A DNA stretch of 63,645 bases, the filler included, from Octopus bimaculoides (lineage: Eukaryota): assembly GCF_001194135.2 (NCBI RefSeq). It is 7 parts of 5 records of this genome, joined end to end, with 100 filler letters (N's around TTAATTAATTAA, not from the genome) between each part and the next. Parts side by side here need not be neighbours in the genome. Positions count along the whole stretch, not along the records: positions 1 to 23,379 come from NC_068989.1; 6 more parts are not named here. The stretch is one strand, 5' to 3'. The notes under the pieces are model-generated. The model ran no database searches. It was not told the origin of the DNA and was given only the letters and a program-made list of their open reading frames with translations. The number at the start of each line of letters is the position of its first letter. Within the stretch, counting starts at the first letter, position 1. Positions 1 through 12,575 of the stretch are shown in pieces. Made by a program: the position numbers and the translations under genes.

Positions 1-87
1 CCCCAAACGTTTTGCGATGGTTTTTTTTCTTCATCGTTGTCCCCACTTTTGTTTTTTGTTCTGCTTTGTTTTCGCCCCCCTCGAAAA

Positions 88-152
88 GAAAAAAACTCTA
101 CATTTGTATTTTGTCCCCTCTGTGTTGAGCCCTGTGTGGCTAATAAAGAAAC

Positions 153-228
<76 letters not shown>
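88..228 (+). repeat. 3' tail of a SINE/LINE-type repeat followed by (CTAT)n
   Basis: TTGTCCCCTCTGTGTTGAGCCCTGTGTGGCTAATAAAGAAA then (CTAT)n. The same tail occurs inverted at ~44861-44925, and a close variant ends SINE family 2 (~48165-48207). Confidence 0.65.
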
Positions 229-887
229 TTGTCCGTGTGTCTGCCGCTCTGTCACCCTATTTATCAGTTATCCTGATATAACCACGAACAATATCTAAAC
301 AAAATATGCAAGCTTCATTTAGGGTAAAACATGGAGCCGTTGAGAATCGGTGTAATATCTAAAAGTTGTAATTGGACGAGTTTTGATTGTTACAACGATT
401 GAAATATAGCAAAGAAACACTATATAATGAACGATATTCAACATCGTATCGATATTTTTCCAGCCTACAATACTCCTATATTTGATAGGTAACCAAAATG
501 ATAAGATAGGAAATTAGTCATTTGTTATCTGCCGACAGACATACAGTTTAATGTGCCAACACGTTCCAACACCAGGTGAGCACGTATAGAAGCGTTTTCA
601 AAATGCAACAATATATGTGACCGTATATTCTTCGCAGTTAAAATATTTTAATTGATATTTGTTCAATAAAACAAGGTTGCATATCTATGGTATTATTGTT
701 TATAATGATTCCATTGCTGATAGTCTATTCTTTGCTAAGATGTTTTACGTAATCTGATCAATAAGTATCCGGACTGCTGCCATAGTAACGAAATTAAAGC
801 ACGCAAATTGACCGTCCAGTGTGCAGTGCGTGTGCCCTAAGTTTTAACGTTCTAGCTCACTTCTGCTGTTTACAGCAGTGCTTGAAC

Positions 888-985
888 ATGACAGAGAAAG
901 TTGAGCAGAGAATCTAGAGCAAATTTTGCCAAAAGCTTTGTGATACCTGCCCAGAGGCTTACGCAAAGTTTTCGAAGAGTTTTCA
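888..985 (+). pseudogene. Second, plus-strand mariner transposase N-terminus
   Basis: ATG ACA GAG AAA GTT GAG CAG AGA ATC TAG AGC AAA TTT TGC CAA AAG = MTEKVEQRI*SKFCQKL, the typical mariner 'EQR.CIKFC' start. Confidence 0.75.
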
Positions 986-1004
986 TTGTTCTGAACATAG
1001 TCAA

Positions 1005-1372
1005 GGAGAGTGTCTTTTTGGTCAGCTGAAACCCGTTTTGGCACAAATTTCGCAGACATGCGTCTCATACCCAAATCTTGAATGATAATGGACTGAACTG
1101 AACCGTAACAAATCTGCACATTCTCTGATAACTCACGGATGGGGATTCTACAATTTTTCCTCACAACTGCACACACATCTGCGATGTTTTTCTCAGTACT
1201 GCAGGTTGCGGGTTTCCCATAACGTTCGTCAATGTCGACATGTTTTCGGCCATCTTCGAAACGTCGAACCCACTCGTACACTTGTGTACGACTCGTACAT
1301 TCCTCTGCATATACTTTTTGCAATTTGCGTTGGCCTTTGAGCAGGTATTACCATGAGAACTTTCTCTGTCAT
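1005..1372 (-). pseudogene. Mariner transposase N-terminal (HTH) fragment, no DDD catalytic domain
   Basis: Translation ...SRTQVYEWVRRFEDGR...RELSENVQICYGSVQSIIIQDLGMRRMSAKFVPK matches the mariner HTH region up to the WVPHEL-like motif. There is a deletion/frameshift after MTEKV. Confidence 0.85.
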
Positions 1373-3554
1373 GGTCAATGCGACGATCACACGCTACACA
1401 CGTTCCTTCCAAGCACTCCTGCAAACAGCGGATGTGAGCCAAAATGTTAAAACATAGTGTGCAAGCACAGCAGAGATCAACGTGAACTTGTGCCAAGCAG
1501 CTTTACTCTACATTCCTTAACTGTGTTACTATGGCAACAGTCCGGATACTTATTGATCCGACCTCGTATATCGGATGTCTCCTGAACGACTCCTTTTAAA
1601 AACAATTTTAGTGGGTGTCCTTTCACGTTCTCTATTGCACTGTGATTTAACGGTACCTTAATGCAAATACATAGTTAGGTGTAGTTATCAACGTTCTCCT
1701 AGCAAGAGAATATGTCTAAAATGCATTTGAAAATCAAAAAGAAATTCCTCCTGAAATCTATAGAGAGAATATGACAGATTCAGAGATGATGTACATAAAT
1801 AACAATAATCACTGTATACTCTAGAGTAAATATGATAAACACAAATGTACAACCCCAAAAATAATGCCACTGGCGTTTCAGCAGGGTTCATTACATAAGT
1901 TGGCTTTACTAAAATTCATAAATTTACTTGCAAAATAAAATTAGATGAAGTCCCTTCTCCCAACATCAATTATTATCGCTGCTAAGATTCTGACCAACTT
2001 CATCTATCGTACTTGCTCAATTTGCTACAACAACCATGATATATGTTTCAAATAAAAATTTCGTTTCGGAAAGATATATTTGTAAAGTTTGTAAGACATG
2101 AATTTCTAAATCTTCTTATCATTCCTATATTTCAGAATCATTCAGATGCATGTACATTCCTACTTGGATATTTGCAATTACGTAAAGTGTAGTGTCTTTC
2201 CCCTTTTGTTTATTTCACTAATCATTATTAGAATTTTAAATTTATAGCACCTATTATAATAATGATTTGGTAAGATACAACACTTATTTTAATAGCTTTA
2301 TATTTATAGATGTTGTCTTCATCCATCGTAATTATTTTGATGACTACTTCCTCTATAGGTTCGATGTGTTTGTGCATAAATATATTTAATTCTTTTAGAA
2401 GGAGAGCTGACCTTTCCAGTTGTATTATATTCTGGAAATGTGCTTCTTTAGATGATTTTTAGTGCCTTAAAAACCTGCTTATTGGACAGAGCAAATTCAT
2501 TGAGACTGACATGCAATTTGAAATTAATTTCAAATAACATAGCAATTCCGGATTAAATCATTAGATAAATTTTCTTTCCGCTGTAGACCCGGAATTCGTG
2601 CAAAATAAACAATCACTCATCTATTGCTTTCTCATTTCTCTGCCTTTCTCTCTTTATGTCATGGAACCTCACCCCAAAAAACAAAAACAAGGTTCTCTTC
2701 TAAACAACAACCCCCAAACATCTGTTTTATATAAATGAAGAAGCGGTTTGTACATTCACAAAATTTTATGTGACAAGTTCGGGAAAGGAACGGAAGCGCA
2801 AATAATAATAACGAAATAAGATCTTTTTTCCAAAATTCTGACGACTTTTTTCTCAATATTCAATTTCTGTACATCACATCACTCTCGCTACACAGACAAA
2901 GACACACACACACACACAGACCCACAAACACACAGACACACAAACACACACACATATATACACATCTTGTATAATATATATATTGTGTAATATTGTAAAT
3001 TATCTGAAAACAATCTCATTTATAATCAATAGACTTACATACTGAATCTTTAATTATTTTGATGAGTTCACATAAATATGTTCCTTGACTTTCTCTTGCT
3101 TTGAAAATATTCGATAAATCATGAAATAGTTTGTTCGTTTTTGAACACTGATCATAGCAAATTTGCACTATTTCCTTTATGACTTTTGTAGCTAATTCAA
3201 ATTAAGTTTTCTTAGAACTGCCGTTTCTGTAATTCGATAACAATTTTATTTATTCTCTTGATAGTATATGTCGCATTTTCAACCGGAGATTTTTATACAG
3301 ATATAAAATATGGATAAACATTGCAATAGCAAATTGAGGTATTTGTGTATCTACCATAAACCAAATTAAAGAAGCTCGTGTATTTGAGATAAAACTTAGT
3401 TCAGCATCCAATTAGATGCATAGATGTTTTAACGTGACAAAAGAAACGTTACCAGAAACTATATAAATGTATGTTAATGCACATTAACAATGCTGCACAC
3501 AGAGATACAACATAATACATAAATTCACTTACACAAACACGCGTAAACTTCATT

Positions 3555-3616
3555 TCCCCTATCTCTCTCAGTATGAATATATATATGCACACATACACAT
3601 ACCCACACACACATAC

Positions 3617-3649
<33 letters not shown>

Positions 3650-3686
3650 TGTATGTATGTATCTATCTATCTATCTACCTATATAT

Positions 3687-3735
<49 letters not shown>

Positions 3736-3865
3736 TATATGTTTGTTTGTAAATATATATATATACACACACACGTTCGTACAAGTGCATATACAGAGAT
3801 TGGTATGGGAATGACACACGATGAACGCTACACACACACACATATATATGAACTGACAAAAACAT

Positions 3866-3910
<45 letters not shown>

Positions 3911-3960
3911 CATATATCTATATTCATCTATCTGTCGATTTGTGTATCTCTCTCTCTATA
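3555..3960. repeat. Compound microsatellite (CA/TATG/CTAT/TA)
   Basis: Direct reading. Confidence 0.9.
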
Positions 3961-3971
3961 TATATTTTCTC

Positions 3972-4374
3972 TGTCTTTACTCTTTTACTTGTTTCAGTCT
4001 TTTGACTGTGGCCATGCTGAAGCACCGCCTTTAGTTGAGCAAATCGACCCCAGGATTTATTCTTTGGAAGCCTAGTACTTATTCTATCGGTCTCTTTTGC
4101 CGAACCGCTATGTTACGGGGATGTAAACGCACCAGCATCGGTTGTCAAGCGATGTTTGGGCGACAAGCACAGACACACAAATACATATACACATACATAT
4201 ATACATATATACGACGGACTTCTTTCAGTTTCCATCTACCAAATCCACTCACAAGGCTTTGCTCGGCCCGAGGCTATAGTAGAGGACACTTGCCCAAGAT
4301 GCCACACAGTGGGACTGAACCCGGAACAATGTGGTTGGTAAGCAAGCTACTTACCACACAGCCACTCCTACGCC
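3972..4374 (-). mobile_element. tRNA-derived SINE, family 1 (full length)
   Basis: Reverse complement of the copy at 53409-53805: tRNA-like head (GGAGTGGCTGTGTGGTAAG...GGGTTCAGTCCC), core GCCTTGTGAGTGGATTTGGTAGA(T/C)GGAAACTGAAAGAAG, tail GGCGGTGCT(T/C)CAGCATGGCC. Confidence 0.9.
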
Positions 4375-4669
4375 TATATATTTATATTTGTTTTATGATT
4401 TATTAGAATCTAGAACACATCAACACTAGAGTGACAGAAATTGATAGGTGCAATGACACAAGGTTCACAGTGAGGTAAATCAACCATGAACATATTATGT
4501 GCTGCTCGTATACTGTACATATAGATATATATAAGTACGAAATTCAATTTTGACTGTACATCAGACTCAAAGCTGGTCGTATCTGCTGCGAAGATATATA
4601 AAGAAGACAAATGGTGTTTAAAATTTATAATTTAATATATATATAATATTCGTAATGTACTGTAATATA

Positions 4670-4830
4670 TATATCCATCACGGTTGATCTTAACAATTGG
4701 TTTCGTGCTAGGCTAGGAATACAATGGAGTGTTAGTTAACAATCCGATTATAAAATCCTACGCTCATCAGAGTTAGACGATATGTAAAGGAATATGGTGA
4801 CTGCTCTCAACTTGAAGTATTTGTGGAAAG
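4670..4830 (-). repeat. ~155-bp repeat, copy 1 (hammerhead-like motif)
   Basis: Reverse complement aligns with 5165-5312 (CAGTC(A/G)CCATA...CT(G/C)ATGAGCG...AACACTCCATTGTA...CCTAGC..GAAACCAATTG..A.GATCA.CCGTGATGGATATA). Confidence 0.8.
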
Positions 4831-5164
4831 CCTGTGTGTTATTAAGTGTAGTGCTCCTGTGGGGATATGGCATGTAACATATGTAGTGGTGTCATATGTA
4901 TAATATTTTCCAGGTATTTTGTTCGGTAGTCTTTATTCTTTTCTTATTGCTTTAGATCAAGGGGGATATATGCTAACGTGTGGTGTGTAATGTGTGTGCG
5001 TGGGGTCTATATATGTGGGGGTATATGTTGGAGTTGGTGAGAGAGAGTCTATTAGAACATGCGTGTGTGTACATGGGTGTATTGGTGTATGCATTAGTCA
5101 AACAATTTGCCGGCTCCGTTTCACCATCTATTTCACAGTAACTGCAAACTGAACATGTCAATTC

Positions 5165-5312
5165 ACCTTCGAAAATAGAGATCAGTCGCCATACTCCCTT
5201 CCATATCGCATAACTCTCATGAGCGAAAGGGTATATAATCTGATTTTTTACGTAACACTCCATTGTACTCCTAGCGTGAAACCAATTGGTAGGATCAGCC
5301 GTGATGGATATA
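5165..5312 (+). repeat. ~155-bp repeat, copy 2, inverted relative to copy 1
   Basis: See 4670-4830. Confidence 0.8.
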
Positions 5313-6297
5313 AAATGGTCTACATTTCGGATAATACACCCGCTCTTTTGTCTCATTATGAACTCCTAGACCACTCACGAACTGGAGGGTCAACTTTAGG
5401 AATGAGCAATTGTCTCCGCTGTGCCGCATCTGCAACAGAATATATACATATATATATATATATANNNNNNNNNNNNNNNNNNNNNNNNNNNNNNNNNNNN
5501 NNNNNNNNNNNNNNNNNNNNNNNNNNNNNNNNNNNNNNNNNNNNNNNNNNNNNNNNNNNNNNNNNNNNNNNNNNNNNNNNNNNNNNNNNNNNNNNNNNNN
5601 NNNNNNNNNNNNNNNNNNNNNNNNNNNNNNNNNNNNNNNNNNNNNNNNNNNNNNNNNNNNNNNNNNNNNNNNNNNNNNNNNNNNNNNNNNNNNNNNNNNN
5701 NNNNNNNNNNNNNNNNNNNNNNNNNNNNNNNNNNNNNNNNNNNNNNNNNNNNNNNNNNNNNNNNNNNNNNNNNNNNNNNNNNNNNNNNNNNNNNNNNNNN
5801 NNNNNNNNNNNNNNNNNNNNNNNNNNNNNNNNNNNNNNNNNNNNNNNNNNNNNNNNNNNNNNNNNNNNNNNNNNNNNNNNNNNNNNNNNNNNNNNNNNNN
5901 NNNNNNNNNNNNNNNNNNNNNNNNNNNNNNNNNNNNNNNNNNNNNNNNNNNNNNNNNNNNNNNNNNNNNNNNNNNNNNNNNNNNNNNNNNNNNNNNNNNN
6001 NNNNNNNNNNNNNNNNNNNNNNNNNNNNNNNNNNNNNNNNNNNNNNNNNNNNNNNNNNNNNNNNNNNNNNNNNNNNNNNNNNNNNNNNNNNNNNNNNNNN
6101 NNNNNNNNNNNNNNNNNNNNNNNNNNNNNNNNNNNNNNNNNNNNNNNNNNNNNNNNNNNNNNNNNNNNNNNNNNNNNNNNNNNNNNNNNNNNNNNNNNNN
6201 NNNNNNNNNNNNNNNNNNNNNNNNNNNNNNNNNNNNNNNNNNNNNNNNNNNNNNNNNNNNNNNNNNNNNNNNNNNNNNNNNNNNNNNNNNNNNNNNN

Positions 6298-6329
<32 letters not shown>

Positions 6330-6775
6330 TTATAAAAGATCAGACAAAGAAGACGTGTTTATTAATTGACATGAGTATTCCCTCTGATCATAATATAGCG
6401 GCGAAAGAATTTGACAAGATCAGTAAATATAAAGACTTGCTAATAGAAATTGAAAAAATGTGGCACCTCAAGGCGACTACCATACCAGTGATTGTAGGAT
6501 CTCTAGGAATGATAAAAAAAGGTACTGAAACCTATTTGAAAATGATATCATCCCTACAGGAAGTGCAAAAAATCGTGCTAACTGGAACGACTCATATACT
6601 GAGACGAGCATTATCGCTGTGAAAACAACATCTATTCATGATTTTGTTTTTCTTAAATACATGTTTTACCTGTGAATTTGCGTGTGTAAACTGGGAATGC
6701 ATACAACGAGTTTCTCTGCCCTAGGTGTACGGAAAACACTCGGCGAGAAATGGAAGAAAATTTGAAGAAAGAACA
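6330..6775 (+). mobile_element. R4/Dong-like non-LTR retroelement, 5'-truncated 3' end (restriction-like endonuclease + 3' UTR)
   Basis: KKTCLLIDMSIPSDHNIAAKEFDKISKYKDLLIEIEKMWHLKATTIPVIVGSLG is the RLE C-terminus of R4-clade elements. Flanked by (TAA)n on both sides. Confidence 0.85.
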
Positions 6776-6777
6776 AA

Positions 6778-6819
<42 letters not shown>

Positions 6820-7329
6820 GGAACCTGTGGAAGATTTGAAGGAAGCGGCCTTTTCACGAGGATAATCACAAAAACTATATTTTTTCTGCCATGCAAACAA
6901 CAGTTTCTCCTATGCATGATGTCTCAGTGAAACATGTGCGAAACACACATACATAATCAACATCGGAAAGTTTACAAATTATAAAATACAAATGGAACAA
7001 AACATAAAATACACGAATTGATTAATTACGCATACACTCGAATGTCTACACAATCATATATACATTTTAATACCCATAGGGCTACACACACATCACGATG
7101 TTTACACAACTAAGTGAATATGAAAACACGCGTGAAAAAGGAAGCCAAAAATACAACAAAAAGAAAACAAAATATTTTTTATTCTTCAAACTAACACAGA
7201 TAGAGTGAACAATTCATAAGTTTACACAGCACAAAATCCTATGCCCGGAGATACATCTATCAACAAAAATAAACATAATAAAGAACAGTACAAATTTGTT
7301 CTCATTAAAAAGCTACGTTACGAGCAATG

Positions 7330-10300
7330 TTTTCATTCAGAGAAACCGGAGGTGGTGCTGTCTCAAAAAATTAACTCTAAATGCACAGATCCGTCTCCTA
7401 ATGTTAACGTTTAAGCTCGTCCTACGTCAGTGATAACAAAGCAAAATATAAACCGTATCACCAAGGACCGCGTACGCGAATGATGAAGCAGGTTGGGTAC
7501 TAATATCAGCTACTGGTCACAAATCTTTCCGAAACACAGGAAATAGAAGTACCCTACAACCGAATATTCCAACAGATGGCCATCTATGCTCGTCTTCAAA
7601 TAACCGAAAGAAAAAGAATGAAAGTGATCTAGGGGAGATAATAAAGAAGTTCTTAAGGCCGTATATCATGCTATGTATTTCCCGCAAATGAATCTAATAC
7701 TGTACAAACCTACATAAACTGAAGACAGAAACACCATGAAGTAAGACCCTACATAAGCAGTAACTTGTCAACGTCAGAAGAAGCATTAAAAAGAAATTAC
7801 TAACTGAATTAGAGATTGACCAAAGTAAACAATCAGTAAGGGATAAAATGAACGAAGTTGCTGCTAAAGAACATACTTCATAGGATATAATTATAGACCA
7901 GTCCAGGTCTGATGAAAATGCAATAATAATTGAAAGAGTTAATGTAACAGGTAAGCAAAAGGAAATACTCTCTGAACCATCTATAAAACTAAAGACAGAT
8001 GGAAATCAATTACATGAAAACGTCAGACAGAAATTGACCCAACAGAAATGCATGTTCTAAAAAATCAAATCATGATTGAATGGCTGGAAAATAAAGAAAC
8101 CAATATGAATGAACGCGACGCTCTCCGAAAAATTCGCAATTCTAACCAAAACCTGAAAGTAATTGGTAAAATCCGCCTTGCGCTTAAGGATATACTTTCA
8201 GCTTATGATGTTGCTATTACAGAAGTCAACCAACTGTCCTATGCATCCGCGAAAATCTCAATGATTCTATGTAAGGAAAAGATTAGAAAACGACAACATT
8301 CCACAAAAAGCCTTCTTGGCAAGAGCGTATTCAACACCAAATTCAGCTACGTAGGTCTGACATAGAATGTTTAAAAACCTTAAGTGTGACAAGACTAACA
8401 AACCAACAAAATTCTGAAAATTAAAGAAAAAATATAATATGAATGCCATAGTTAACATCGATACCACCATAAAAACTATCAAGCAAAAGGTATGTGCTCA
8501 ATCTACCTGCATAACAGGGTATGAAAAGCGCGTTTGATACTTCAAGGACAACATGTTCAACAATAACCCTAAAATGTTTTACAGAAAAATAGGGAAAATA
8601 CCATGAAAAGAAAACGTGCAGGAATTTTGGAATAAAATTTGGACAGAAGAAATAAAACACAAGTAAAAGGCCCCTTGGATTGATAGAATATCTACAGACT
8701 TAGACTTCTTACAGGAGCAAAACTGGGAGTGTATCAAGGTAGAGGATGTATGATCTGCTCTCAGGAAGTCATGCAAATGGAAGTCTCCAGGAAAGGGTAA
8801 AATTCCTAACTTTTTGGTGGGGTGAATGCCTTCCCAGACAGTCATGAACCGCTAACAAAATTTTACAAACATGCTTTGCAACAACCTAGTATGAGTCCGT
8901 CTTAGCTAGTTAATGGTGTAAAATTTCTACTTCCAACAAATGAAGAAACAAATGAATTAAAAATTATAGATCCATAACGTGCTTAACAGCAATGTATAAA
9001 ATTCTAAGATCTGTCTTCACTGAATATACTTATAGTTTCTTTAATAGAAAGTGGCATATTTCCTAATGAGCAAAAATGATGTAAACGTGAGTACTATGGT
9101 TGTAACGTTCGGCTACTCATAAATAAGATGAACTTGGAAGATTGTCACAAACAACACAAGAGCTTTCCGATAACCTGGATAGAGTATGAAAAAGCTATTG
9201 ATAGTCTACCACATAGCTGGATTAAGAAATTTCTGAAAATGTATAACATAGCACCTACTTTACGAGTCTTCTTGTCTGTAACTATGAGATTATGGAGAAC
9301 CTCACTGACTTTGAACACTGAAAATGAATCTCTCAATGCTGGACATGTAAGAATTTCATGTGGCATTTTCCAGGGTGACTCTCACAACTTCTCTTTTGCT
9401 TCGCCTTATTGCCTCGATGATGCACAATATGGCTAGAAAATGTTTGATAAAAATATAAATCACCTCTCTTACATAGCTGATTTGAAGTTCTTTGCAAAAA
9501 ATGACCAGCAACAACAACAGGGCTTACTAGCTAATTACTGAAATATGTAATCTTGACAGAAAATTACAAAAAAGTCGGCAATGCATAGAATGCACCACCC
9601 TTAGGCAGATAGAGAACGACTTTACCTGTCAAGAAAAGAGGGTGGCCGTGGACTTTTACATCTGAGGACTGGATGTTAAAACTTGTCTTTAAGCATGTAA
9701 GCAAGAAAGCATCATACTCAGTAACCAAACAGGCGAAGAAATAACTAAGTGAATTCCAAATATAACACATTCCAGAATTAGACTTACTGGAAACAGGCAC
9801 AGAAAAATCTAAGCGTATGAAAATCCATTCTAAAGCTGCTACCTTAGATATTCTTACTGATAAAGGCAACAAAGACATCTCAATAGCAAATACCCAAAAG
9901 AGAGCTAATGGTGCCGATGTTGACAAGGCCCTTAAATGCTTAGTGTCTTCTGGGTTAAAATTAGAAACAAAAGGGTTTATCATAGCAGTCGAAGATCAAT
10001 GCCTACCTACAGGGAACTATCAGGCTAACATATTAAAGAACTGCAGTAACACAACATGTCGTGTATGTCAACAACAAAACGAAACCATTGATTATATTGT
10101 CTCCATGTGCAATTTTCGTACGCCTACAGAGTATCTCAACAGGCATGAGAAAGCTGCACAATTTGCAAAAACCTGAACCTGCCCCATCAATAAATCTGGT
10201 GGGAACGCAAACCACCTCCAGTGCTTCAAAATGATCATATCTCGCTCCTCTGGAACTTCCCCATTCAAAATGACAGAATGATGGATGCGAATATGTCAGA

Positions 10301-10791
10301 CATTTATAGAAAAACATCCGACAAAAATCATGCCTCCAAGTTGATCTGGCTGTCCCAATCAACATAAATATGTGTCAAGAACTACCAAAAATTAGGCAAG
10401 TATAAATTTTTTGAAATAGAAATTGGCAAAATGTCGAACCTAAAGACTAAAACAATACTTGTTGTCATAGGTGCCCTACGAATAATAGAAAACGGGACTG
10501 ATTTCTACCTAACTCATATACCAAGAAACCGCAAAATGGGAGAAATTCAAAAGTGCTCATGGGAACTTCCCATATCCTTTGTAAAATACTGTCTATGTAA
10601 TCTCAAATTTTAAAACAAACTCTTAATTTTCTTATGTTTTCTTAAACATTCTCTGGAACAATACTATGTGCAAAGCCAAATATATGATACACTGGACAGA
10701 ATAACAACATGATCTACTAACCTGTTGCCCTTTGAGGTCTCTAGGTGAGACTTGGAGTGAACTTCTAAAAAATACAAAGGAAAAGTCAAAC

Positions 10792-10796
<5 letters not shown>
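7330..10796 (+). mobile_element. R4/Dong-like non-LTR retroelement, long decayed copy (5' boundary uncertain; may start near 6820)
   Basis: Broken frames carry RT motifs (YEKAIDSLPHSWI; RISCGIFQGDS), LETKGFIIAVEDQCLPT..Y, zinc-knuckle-like CRVCQQQNETIDYIVSMC and the RLE tail (KTKTILVVIGALRII). The 3' UTR ends AAAGTCAAACAT before (AAT)n. Confidence 0.88.
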
Positions 10797-10875
<79 letters not shown>

Positions 10876-10886
10876 TAATAATAATG
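10797..10886. repeat. (AAT)n microsatellite
   Basis: Direct reading. Confidence 0.95.
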
Positions 10887-10888
10887 CT

Positions 10889-12575
10889 GTCAATTCACCA
10901 TACTTTTTCCAAGCAATCGCTCAACATTCGATGCAATATCAAATAGGTTCATACACTCTATAATCCAAGAATGTGGGATCATATCGTACACTTTACGATA
11001 GTCGATCCATGATATGACAAAGTTACTTTTCTTCCTCTTTCAGTCTCTAAGTACAGTTTTGTCTATCAGGAGTTGATCCTTGGTGCTTCTGCACTTACGC
11101 TTGCAACTCTTCTGCTCATGTGGCAGGAGTTCATTTTTCCCCAGATGTTCGTACATTGACTGTGCGAGTATTCAAGTCAATAACTTCTACATAATTGGCA
11201 AACAGGATATCGGTCTGTAATTGTCTACCGTATTGCCTTTTTTCAGGCATAGCTCAGTCCTACCCTATGTCAACCACTCTGGTGTTCCTTGGTCGGTATT
11301 TAATAAGGTGTTGAGTTGCGCAGCTATTCGTGCATGACATTCATCAAATCTTTTGATCCAGTAGGCTTGAACTCCATCTGATCCCGTGGCCTTCCAGTTG
11401 CTCATTTTTTGCTGATTTCCTTCATTTCCCTAGCTGAAATGAGTAGTTCTGCCTGTTTTGGACAGACTACTGTTTGTTTCAGTTCTTGCAACCGCTTAGC
11501 AACCTTCTTGTGCTCCGTGTGTTTGCTCTGGATGTCATTCCAAAACCTTTTGACTTTCATTGTTATCTGGTATCAACTTTTCATTTGTACACTCTCCATT
11601 ATTTCTTTGTAGAATCTCTTCTGATCTAATCTGAATAACCTATTCTGCTGGTATACCTTCATTCTTTGGTTGTATCTTACCATCTTTGCTTTCTTTGCAA
11701 CGAGGCGCTGTTTCAGTTCCTCCATTACTACTTTCAGGCCCTTTCTTTCAATATTTTATTTCCTTTTCAGCGCCCTGTATTTTTGTTCGCTTTTAAGCTT
11801 CCCTTTCTCTTTTCGGTGTAACACCGAGATTTCCTTCAAGAGCATGTCTAACCCTGCCTGGATTCTTCTTTCCCACTATGGATATTTTCTTTTGTCACTC
11901 CCATTATGTTTCTTTTTCTTGACATAGACACCCACATTTTCTGCTACAACAATACTTGCTGCCTTGATCAAATTATTTGTTTCTGTGATGTTTGTTCTGG
12001 TGTATTTCAGAATTTCATTGACATTTTACTTTTCTTGGTTCAATTCCCATCGATCAATCTCTTTAAGGTTGCAAATAATGTCGCTATCGTTCTCCTGTAG
12101 TCTTGCCTTTATTCTGTCGTAGATTGCCTTTTGTCAACATTACTTTTATTGTTTTCTTTTAGATCTTCTATATGTCTCTCATCAAGTAAACTACCACTTT
12201 CCTGTGCTATGAGATTATTAGTAAGAACTGTATTTTCATTGTTATCTCTGCTACTATTTTCCATGGCACATGTTTTGATAGCTTCGAGCTCTACTTCTGT
12301 GAACCAACATTTTTTTCTTATTGCCCTAACTTGATCACATAGTCTCTGTTCCGTAAGTTGAAACAATCCCTTTTCTCTCCAATGATCATACATACGTTGT
12401 CGGTAACCCCTAATTTGAGCACCATTTTCATCTACCGGGTTGCTCAGGTAGTAACAGTCCATGATCACAGCATTAATTTGCTTGCCTCATCTACGCCTGG
12501 TAGTCCCTTTCTGGACATCGACAGGCTAGATCCGGACCAGAAACTTTGAGCCTACCGGATGTAACACTGTAACCA
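10889..12575 (-). mobile_element. R4/Dong-like element, 5' half (N-terminal domain to mid-RT), inverted
   Basis: IMDCYYLSNP...GYRQRMYDHWREKGLFQLTEQRLCDQVRAIRK (R4-type N-terminus), then NYRPISCLPIM, KDQLLIDK, WIDYRKVYDMIPHSWI. Ends abruptly at RLLGKSMVN*. Confidence 0.88.

Larger units (their letters stand above)
748..1566. mobile_element. Non-autonomous mariner derivative built from two inverted 5' ends
   Basis: ~40-bp TIRs (GATCAATAAGTATCCGGACTG(C/T)TGCCATAGTAAC at both ends) with TA at 746-747 and 1567-1568. The transposase start ATGACAGAGAAAGTT is present on both strands (888+, 1372-). Confidence 0.88.

Noticed and set aside
3625-4005. ORFs made of YI/LSIY/CV/HT/ER/poly-I/N/R repeats throughout the window
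   Set aside because: They are translations of microsatellites.
5219-6622. Long ORFs running through N gaps (also 17634-18884, 24544-25746, 38289-38942, 56127-56717)
   Set aside because: They are open only because N codons are not stops.
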